NCBI GenBank assembly: GCA_964236955.1
Contig: CAXSGP010000100.1
Location: forward strand, 1 to 16,526
Source: an uncultured Oligoflexus sp.
Lineage (GTDB): Bacteria; Bdellovibrionota_B; Oligoflexia; Oligoflexales; Oligoflexaceae
Direction: 5' to 3'
Length of the DNA: 16,526 nt
Under the pieces are notes generated by a model. That model was not told the origin of the DNA. It was given only the letters and a program-made list of their open reading frames with translations, and made no database searches. Of this stretch, positions 9,198-16,196 are shown piece after piece. A program made the position numbers and the translations under genes. Each line of letters starts with the position of its first letter. The first letter of the stretch is position 1.

Positions 9198-9198
9198 T

Positions 9199-9219
9199 GT
9201 CGTTCCGACTTTCTTTTAT
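9199..9219 (+). terminator. Weak intrinsic terminator between convergent genes
   Basis: GTCG-ttc-CGAC followed by TTTCTTTTAT; the stem is only 4 bp. Confidence 0.25.
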
Positions 9220-9245
9220 CAACATTCCTCGATCCACTTGCTGTC

Positions 9246-10022
9246 TTAACCTTCCATATCAATCAAGACTTTAAGATCCTGAGTCCGCACGTCTCTATCA
9301 TCAGCATATTGAAGAATCTGTTTTCGGGGCAGGGGGAAGGTCTTGGCGACTTCGAAGACCTGATAGAATTCGTCTTTGCGAATAAGAGGCAGGAGCGCCT
9401 TCTCCTCTTTGCTCATCAGGGCACGATGATCCCTTAGATAAGACAGGGCCCGCAGGGCAAGGGTTTTGCCTTTTTTCATCACCGCCGATTGGTAACGGGT
9501 CCCGCGCTCCTTATCGATCTGATTGTGGTAGCAGCCGACCCATTGATCATCGCAACGTTTATAGATTTCAGTCCCATACTTTTGCAGAAAGTAATCGACC
9601 TGCTTGGATGGCGATATGGCTTTCAAGGGATCGTTCTTAAAGCCTTCGCTATGCCAGTTCCAGTTGAACTGAAGAACGCCTATATCGATATTGCGACTTG
9701 CGGTGCTATCCGGGTTCGCATTCTCAGTCTTGAATTTCTTCAAAAATTCCACGGCATCCTTGCCCTCATGGATAAGGGGTACGGGGCCATTTTCACGGAC
9801 GATGGCAAAGCGAAAATTTGTTTCCTGCTGAGCCAGCAACCAGAGAACATCAGGATTGGAGGTTTGACAGGCTGCCTTGGCGAATTCTTCGAGATAAGGC
9901 TGTTCGATCGAATAGTCAAGGGAAGGGTTTGCGGCTCGTGCCGTTTCCTGGAAAACAAGTTCGCAGGGTTGCATTGCATTATACGCCGCGTAAAAAAGCA
10001 GACTTAGTGTCTTGAGTGCCAT
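9246..10022 (-). CDS. Lytic transglycosylase (SLT/lysozyme-like domain) protein
   Basis: Motif I PDVLWLLAQQETNF with the putative catalytic Glu, motif II NIDIGVLQFNWNWH and motif III WVGCYHN. Start placed at ATG 10022 (GGGGA upstream); the ORF track extends to 10076. Confidence 0.8.
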   Translation of the reverse strand: MALKTLSLLFYAAYNAMQPCELVFQETARAANPSLDYSIEQPYLEEFAKAACQTSNPDVLWLLAQQETNFRFAIVRENGPVPLIHEGKDAVEFLKKFKTENANPDSTASRNIDIGVLQFNWNWHSEGFKNDPLKAISPSKQVDYFLQKYGTEIYKRCDDQWVGCYHNQIDKERGTRYQSAVMKKGKTLALRALSYLRDHRALMSKEEKALLPLIRKDEFYQVFEVAKTFPLPRKQILQYADDRDVRTQDLKVLIDMEG

Positions 10023-10451
10023 GTAAATCCCCATCCGTATAGAATTGATGAGACGGGGAATGCAAGAACTATGCATGTTTTACGGCACTGAGATCACGGG
10101 CACATGCGTCGACGGAATATGTCAAAGCTTTCGAAAGTGGCTGACAGTTGGTCAAATTATGCGATAAAAACCCTTGAAAATTCGGAAGTTTTAGTAAGAA
10201 TTTTATGCTTTGAAAGTAACAACTTTCATCCTTGTTGTATAAGTTAAGCGCTTGGGAATCTCGCCTAGTAATCGTTTTTCCCAAGGTTTAGGCCTATAAA
10301 GGTTGACTGTAATCTGGCTACCTAGGCAGGTAGTCGTAATGTAAGCCACAAAACCAATCTTTCGTCATTGACAGGTCTTTAAGTCCTGACGCATTGTCTT
10401 CTTAGGACAAGCTTAGTTCGAAGTATGACCATGAAAGAAAAAGGCCTATTT

Positions 10452-11825
10452 ATGACCCTCTCCTCTCGCTTGCCAGGGCTTGCATGGACCACCCTACTTT
10501 TTCTTACTCAAAGTGGCTGCGGTGATTCTGCCAAAAACTCCCGTTTGAAAACCACGATCGATCCTCAGGCGAGCGATTTTAAAATCGGTCGGGGCATCGA
10601 CATTATTACGGGGAAAGCCCTAGGCGATTGCATTTTCACGCCGGAAACGGCGCCTGCCTTTGATACCAATGGCAAGGAATTCACTCTGTCGATCAGTAAA
10701 ATAGAATCGAGTCAGGACTTATTCCGACAAATCGGAATCACTGCCAAATCCAAATACTATGCGGGCGGTGAAAACGCCAGCGGCAAGATATCATTTTCGG
10801 ACCAATTTTCTATCAAGCAACAATCGTTATTCCTATCGATCAATGTGCGCGTTACCAACCCTCTTTATACCATCGCCGACGTGAAGATGAAAAGTGAGGC
10901 TATCGAAGCCTATAAAAATCGGGGGGAAGAGGGTTTCCGGGAAACCTGCGGGGACGAATTTGTCAGATCCTTTACCAGCGGTGGTGAATTCATTGCCATC
11001 CTCGAGATCCACACCGAGAACAGTCAGCACAAAAAAGAAATCGATGCTTCCCTAAAAGGCTCCTACGGCAGCCATGAGGGTCCGATCAGCTTCTCCCAAA
11101 ATCTTGAAGATGCGATAGCGAACAACAAAACGGATATCTTTCTCTATCAATCTGGCGGCACTTTCGAGCATGTAAACCTCACCGCCGACGCCCTTATTCG
11201 CAAAGCCAGCAGCTATCCGGCTACGATCACCGCCACCAATTCCAGGCCCATCATGGCCTTTACCGCACCCTATAAGACACTCTTGAATTTTCCGGGCGGG
11301 CCCTCGTCACTGGATATCTACAGTAAAGAGAAAGTCCTAAACAAGCTCGCCGATGACGATTTGCTCATGAGCGATAGGCTGGCTGGAGTCGAATATACTT
11401 TGAATCACCTGAGCGAATTCCCTGACAAGGATCCCAACCAACTGCGGGGGACAGCGGCTTCTCTGAATGCGACTTTGAAAATAATCCGAAAGAGCGCCAA
11501 AGCCTGCGTGAATAACTACAAGGAATGCCATCTTCCCGACTATCAGCCGCCGGCTCCGGCAAGTTCGGACGAAGAAAAGGTCTGTATTCTCTGGCTCAAC
11601 AGTGATGGCGCCCCTTACCTTAAGCCAAAATCCGAAGACGGGGGCAGTAAACGCAGCCCCTATAAACTGGCCCAAGGCAAAACCTACAAATACCGGCAGC
11701 TGACTGTGCATAAAGATTATAGCTGCAAAAAAGTCGAGAATGGCATGCAAACCCTCAACCTTCATCTTGAGACTTTAGGTTATAGTTCGGATACGATCGA
11801 AGTCGGTGAAATCAAATATTTTTGA
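10452..11825 (+). CDS. MACPF/CDC-like (putative pore-forming) lipoprotein
   Basis: Lipobox-like QSGC. IGRGIDIITG N-terminal motif. FRETCGDEFVRSFTSGG matches the spacing of the MACPF signature (Y/W)G(T/S)H(F/Y)x6GG. Later YQSGG and PIMAFTAPY. Alternative ATGs at 10425 and 10431. Confidence 0.65.
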   Translation: MTLSSRLPGLAWTTLLFLTQSGCGDSAKNSRLKTTIDPQASDFKIGRGIDIITGKALGDCIFTPETAPAFDTNGKEFTLSISKIESSQDLFRQIGITAKSKYYAGGENASGKISFSDQFSIKQQSLFLSINVRVTNPLYTIADVKMKSEAIEAYKNRGEEGFRETCGDEFVRSFTSGGEFIAILEIHTENSQHKKEIDASLKGSYGSHEGPISFSQNLEDAIANNKTDIFLYQSGGTFEHVNLTADALIRKASSYPATITATNSRPIMAFTAPYKTLLNFPGGPSSLDIYSKEKVLNKLADDDLLMSDRLAGVEYTLNHLSEFPDKDPNQLRGTAASLNATLKIIRKSAKACVNNYKECHLPDYQPPAPASSDEEKVCILWLNSDGAPYLKPKSEDGGSKRSPYKLAQGKTYKYRQLTVHKDYSCKKVENGMQTLNLHLETLGYSSDTIEVGEIKYF

Positions 11826-11967
11826 AATGCCATTATAGGACGGAACGCTCGAAGGGCAGGAGTAAAAGCGAATCACCCCTTTCCTCAATGATGATGTCGA
11901 GTAAGTCTGGATCCCAGCTGCAGATTATTTTTTTTAAACAAGAGGCTTTATCGGCAAGCATTTTTCA

Positions 11968-11981
11968 AAAAGAGCTCTTTT
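11968..11981. promoter_or_regulatory. 14-bp perfect palindrome, possible operator
   Basis: AAAAGAGCTCTTTT in the AT-rich region upstream of 12125. Confidence 0.25.
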
Positions 11982-12124
11982 AGCAGAGCCGACCGACAGT
12001 TTACGAATTCTTGTATATTATTGAATTTACTGATTTTTAAAGAATTATTTGGCTAATCACCCATACTGGCCGAAAGAGGATTTGGTCCCAGCGGATTAAA
12101 CGAAAATCAGGTTAGTGTGACCCT

Positions 12125-13435
12125 ATGAAGTATTCGTCCCTTTCATCATGCCTTGGTCGATCCCTCGCAGGGGCAAGCCTCCTGCTGGCTCTATCCTGCT
12201 CGTCGGCGCGCCCAGAGCGGGCGGAAGTCAAAAAAATTTATTCAGGATCCGGCGACCTTGAACATACAAGTTCCAACGGCAATGCAGCTGTCACACCGGT
12301 AGCGGATGCAGCGCCCGCAACCGATGCGGCCGTTGGTCCTGTCGTTGTTTCGCCACAAGCCAGTGCCCCGGCTCCGGCAGAGCCCCCAACACCCGCTTCC
12401 GCGGAAGTAAAAAAGGTTTTGACAGTTTCGGTGAGTCTGAGTCCTATTCCAGCCGTGACACTGATTCCAAACAGCGCCTTTCCCCGCGCCGTGAATCTGG
12501 CCGATGGAACTTTGATCGTCGTCTACAATCAGGACATTGAAGGCTTCCATACCCTCAAAACAGAAATTAGTCGCGACAATGGCAAGTCCTGGCAGGAATT
12601 CAGTGAAATCGCCCGCGAAGCCGTTTCAGCAACACGAGAGCTGCGAGATGCCAATCTCGTCCGCCTCCCCTCAGGTACTTTGCTGGCTATCTACAGAAAC
12701 ATCAGCGATGGAATCTTTCGCCTCCAGACATCGGCAAGTACCGACGGCGGCCAAACCTGGGCATTTCAAGGCACTGTCGAAGCACTCGCGGGGGTTGATG
12801 CCCGAAACATGCTCCATCCGATTATGATGGTCAATGCCGTAGGCCAGGTTCAGGCCTATTACTCCAAGCAAAAGGCTCTCAACGGCGCCCTTAATATAGT
12901 GATGCGCACCTCGTCGGACGAGGGCCGGACCTGGGTGAATGAGATTACCGTGGCGACGCGGGCGCTTGGCAATGCTTCCTTTCCCGGCGTAACGCGACTT
13001 AAAGATGGCGGGATACTGCTGGCCTTCGATACCCCCCGAACCGATGGCGATTCCCATCTCATCCTGCGCTCGACCCAATCGAATAACGACGGGTTGTCAT
13101 GGTCGAGTCCGCAGGATATCTACGTCCCACTGAACGGTTTAAGAAGTGCGAAATCACCCCAGGTTTCTCTACTTGCCGATGGCCGGCCCGTGGTTTTCTT
13201 CATGTCAGACGAAGATGGAACGGAAGAAGACTGTTGCAACATTAAAATGATGATCAGCAGGACTGTGGCGACAGCCCAAAATTTAGAATGGTTAGCTTTA
13301 CCGATCACGGCAATTCCGGGCACGGGCAGTGTTTTTCCATCGGGCGTCGCCACCAACGATGGAGCCTTTCAGCTCTTCTATGAGAAAGCGGCCAGGGTCT
13401 TTTCGAATCGAGTCAGCATTCAGGGGGGATTATGA
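12125..13435 (+). CDS. BNR/Asp-box beta-propeller lipoprotein (sialidase-fold, GH93-like)
   Basis: Lipobox ALSC and a Pro/Ala linker. Four Asp boxes: SRDNGKSW, STDGGQTW, SSDEGRTW, SNNDGLSW. FPRAVNLADGTL blade motif. Confidence 0.85.
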   Translation: MKYSSLSSCLGRSLAGASLLLALSCSSARPERAEVKKIYSGSGDLEHTSSNGNAAVTPVADAAPATDAAVGPVVVSPQASAPAPAEPPTPASAEVKKVLTVSVSLSPIPAVTLIPNSAFPRAVNLADGTLIVVYNQDIEGFHTLKTEISRDNGKSWQEFSEIAREAVSATRELRDANLVRLPSGTLLAIYRNISDGIFRLQTSASTDGGQTWAFQGTVEALAGVDARNMLHPIMMVNAVGQVQAYYSKQKALNGALNIVMRTSSDEGRTWVNEITVATRALGNASFPGVTRLKDGGILLAFDTPRTDGDSHLILRSTQSNNDGLSWSSPQDIYVPLNGLRSAKSPQVSLLADGRPVVFFMSDEDGTEEDCCNIKMMISRTVATAQNLEWLALPITAIPGTGSVFPSGVATNDGAFQLFYEKAARVFSNRVSIQGGL

Positions 13436-13995
13436 AAAAATTACTGAGGCTCGCGACTGTCTCAATTCTTGCAACTTCATTGGCTTGCACCCCTGCAAGC
13501 ACCGATGCCCGAACTCAAACCGTAGCGAAAGCGGCTCCGCTGCCGAATGCCGACGAAAAGCCGCCGATTGATCAACCCATATCCATCACCCCTCCAGAAA
13601 TTGAGCCTGAGCCAACAGCTACCGAGGAAAGCGTGCAGCCTCCCGTACGCATTACGGGCGCTTACATGACCGCCGCAATTCTTCCTGCTGAAGCGTCTGC
13701 CAGTTCTATCATGATAGGCATAAAAGGAATGATCGATGAGAACCGCCTGAGCGACAGCGATGATCTTTATAAGAGCACCTGGGCCTTGGGTTTCTCCGAA
13801 GCGATACCTGTGATCGTGAAAATCGCCAAATCAACGGATAAGCAATACGACCAATTGCTGGAATTTTATGGAAGTGATGCGCAACTCAGGGAACTCGCCA
13901 TAAAGATCGACATCTCTTTGATGTTTCAAGAAAACAGAAACGGTGCTATCGTCAGCAGCATGGTCGTTAACTCGCTTGCCGACCTCATTCCATAA
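13432..13995 (+). CDS. Hypothetical lipoprotein (187 aa), translationally coupled to the Asp-box gene
   Basis: ATGA overlap at 13432-13435 and RBS GGGGGA. MKK start, lipobox SLAC (Cys19) and a Pro/Glu-rich linker. Confidence 0.82.
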   Translation: MKKLLRLATVSILATSLACTPASTDARTQTVAKAAPLPNADEKPPIDQPISITPPEIEPEPTATEESVQPPVRITGAYMTAAILPAEASASSIMIGIKGMIDENRLSDSDDLYKSTWALGFSEAIPVIVKIAKSTDKQYDQLLEFYGSDAQLRELAIKIDISLMFQENRNGAIVSSMVVNSLADLIP

Positions 13996-14013
13996 CAAGT
14001 TGTTGGTAGCCGT

Positions 14014-14039
14014 GCCTTCATCCCCGATGAGATGAGGGC
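14014..14039. other. Intergenic stem-loop
   Basis: GCCTTCATC-N8-GATGAGGGC forms a 9-bp stem with one G-U pair and no U-tract. Confidence 0.3.
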
Positions 14040-14069
14040 CACTCCTGATGACAAAGGACTTGGGGCCCT

Positions 14070-14738
14070 ATGAGATTCACTCACGTCCACACCAGTATTT
14101 TCCTGCTAACTCTAAGTGTCGATGCCTACGCCAAGCAATCTTATATGGGTCGCGAATTAGCCGATGTCATGGGCCCCCAGGGAATTGACTGGCTGGAACG
14201 GGACAAGCGTGAAGCGGAAGAACGTGTTTCACAATTGATCGCAGCCCTGCCGCTCAAGGCTGGAATGCAAGTTGCCGACATAGGCGCAGGCAGTGGCACG
14301 ATCTCGCGGCTTATGGCACCAAAGGTTTTGCCTGGCGGTATAATTTTTGCCGTCGATATTCAACAGGAGATGATTGATAGCCTGCTTAAGTCAAACGAAA
14401 AGTTTGAGATAAAGAATATCCAGCCTGTGCTCGGAACTTCGGTCAGCACCACACTCAAACCCGCTTCGATCGACCTTGCCTTGATGGTTGATGTCTATCA
14501 CGAATTCAACAATCCCTTTGCGATGCTCAAAAATATCAGCGAAGCCCTGAAGAAGGGCGGACTCCTCGTGCTGGTCGAATACCGTGGCGAAGATCCCAAG
14601 GTCCCCATCCGCGCCGAGCACAAGATGACCCTTACCCAAATTCGAAAAGAGTTTGAACGCAAGGAATTTAAGTTTGACTGGTTAAAACTTGATCCTCGCC
14701 TGCCTCGGCAGCATATCGTCTTCCTTAGCAAACGCTAA
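14070..14738 (+). CDS. Class I SAM-dependent methyltransferase with predicted signal peptide
   Basis: Motif I VADIGAGSG, then FAVDIQ, DLALMVDVYHE and LKKGGLLVLVEY. The N-terminal hydrophobic stretch ends in AYA. Confidence 0.92.
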   Translation: MRFTHVHTSIFLLTLSVDAYAKQSYMGRELADVMGPQGIDWLERDKREAEERVSQLIAALPLKAGMQVADIGAGSGTISRLMAPKVLPGGIIFAVDIQQEMIDSLLKSNEKFEIKNIQPVLGTSVSTTLKPASIDLALMVDVYHEFNNPFAMLKNISEALKKGGLLVLVEYRGEDPKVPIRAEHKMTLTQIRKEFERKEFKFDWLKLDPRLPRQHIVFLSKR

Positions 14739-14855
14739 GGTGCCAACTCCGAATGCAAAACACGGCTTTCGGATCGGCAAGGCGAGAAATGCTTTTTTGC
14801 GAAGGCCAAGCCCGAGGTCCTGATGGGCTAAAAAGCGAGCCATGACCCACGGGGA

Positions 14856-15293
14856 TTAAGCCCTTCGATGCGTGATCGTATCGTATTTATAGGGGTCTCC
14901 GAGGCTGTTCAGGCCTTCCAGCCAAACGGATCGATGAAGTGCCTCACTATCCTTAATCTCACCACCAAGAAATATCTCGATTACCTTTTCCCCCGTTTCA
15001 CTCGACACCAGCTCTTTTTCAATTCGCCTTTTAACGAGAACGGTGAGGTGGATCGGTCGGGCAAAGATCGTACAAGATAGGTCGATAGTGAGATGCAGCA
15101 CATCACCTTCGAAGTAGGGCACATATCCGTTACCCCGATAGCTAAGACCCACGCCCGAAACGGAAACGTTTATGAGGTTGAACCAAAAACATGTGCAACG
15201 TGAGCGCACGTTTTTCACGATTACGCTAACAGGAGTGGTAATTTGAAAACGTTGAAATCGAGCAATTACATTTCGTCGATGAGCATGAGTCAT
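14856..15293 (-). CDS. PilZ-domain protein
   Basis: Arg-rich N-terminus (RRNVIARFQRF), LINVSVSGVGL (D/N-x-S-x-x-G motif) and a beta-barrel pattern ending LGGEI. ATG 15293 follows GGAAG; the ORF track start is 15305. Confidence 0.75.
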   Translation of the reverse strand: MTHAHRRNVIARFQRFQITTPVSVIVKNVRSRCTCFWFNLINVSVSGVGLSYRGNGYVPYFEGDVLHLTIDLSCTIFARPIHLTVLVKRRIEKELVSSETGEKVIEIFLGGEIKDSEALHRSVWLEGLNSLGDPYKYDTITHRRA

Positions 15294-15337
15294 CACTGCT
15301 TCCAAAAGGAAAAAGCTTCACACATTCCATGTTAGCC

Positions 15338-15364
15338 TTATCGGAAAGCCACTTATTTGTATTA
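15338..15364 (-). promoter_or_regulatory. Putative sigma28 (FliA)-type promoter for the PilZ gene
   Basis: The minus strand reads TAAT-N15-TCCGATAA against consensus TAAA-N15-GCCGATAA (one mismatch per box, exact spacing), about 45 nt upstream of the start. Confidence 0.45.
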
Positions 15365-15986
15365 TGGTACTTACCGTAAAGTACGGTTTTTGACTGTGAC
15401 CCTCCGCAGTCAATCCCTACGCGACGAAAGATTTAAAGAATCGGAATTTTATCAGCTCCAGGATATCGATATGAGATCGCCCATCGCATGATTATCAGAG
15501 CTTGATGGAGCACGATCCCAAAAATCACCAGCAGCAAAGGAACCCTTCAATTCCTACTTTTGCTAGGCTCATAGGAATTCAAATTTCATCGGCTTGGGTC
15601 AGATTTTTGAGATTGACTCCCAGGGCCCCGTGCTGAAGTTATTCAGGCACCAAGTTAAACTTGATGAGAGCGTTGTTACTGAAAGGCTAGGCATTGTCGC
15701 TGCTCTAAGTCATTGCGCCTTTTACACGCTCTCTGGCCGTTCGATCCAATTCATCCCAAACGGAAAAATTCCGCCGAAAAGGCAAACGGCTTTTTTTCTT
15801 AAATCCTCTTTAAATAAATAAAACATTAGAACCCCTTTATTCTAGATATCAAACTGTTACAAATTATTCCGGCGCACATAAAAAGTATTTCGCCCTTTCT
15901 CAATTTGAAAGCCGATAGACTTTGTAGTTCACCATTCAACGTCCCATTGCCGCTGAATATTTTGGAGAAGTATTCCCTTGGTTTTC

Positions 15987-16049
15987 AAGCTCTGCTATTT
16001 GGCACCCTCCCATCGGATAGGGCGCTGCCATAAGTTGATAGTAGAGCTT
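15987..16049. other. Long nested stem-loop upstream of the collagen-like gene
   Basis: AAGCTCTGCTAT / ATAGTAGAGCTT (12 bp, one G-U) encloses TGGCA/TGCCA and CCCT/AGGG. Confidence 0.45.
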
Positions 16050-16196
16050 TCATACTAGCTGCCGCACCCTAACACTGCCCGCAAGTTTTAGAAGACCTTG
16101 AGAATAGGATGAACCACGTGTCCTGAGTTTGTTTCCTGAATGTTTGCTTTTGTGCTTTGAGATTTTTTCCACAATTGAAAGATGTAAGGACGATCC

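Noticed and set aside
9489..10007. 172-aa + strand ORF
   Set aside because: It is antisense to the SLT gene and has no recognisable features.
11948..11955. Perfect sigma28 -10 box GCCGATAA on the minus strand
   Set aside because: There is no -35 element at the correct spacing, and it points antisense into the MACPF-like gene.
14045..14056. CTGATGA hammerhead-like core
   Set aside because: There is no stem II followed by GAAA and no closing stems.
15594..15821. 75-aa + strand ORF in the long intergenic region
   Set aside because: TTG start without an RBS and no motifs. It cannot be supported, though it is not excluded.
15987..16100. Fragments resembling SAM-I (GGTGCCAAAT on the minus strand) or cobalamin (AGAAGACC) riboswitches
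   Set aside because: The required core helices and conserved junctions are missing, and the gene context does not fit.
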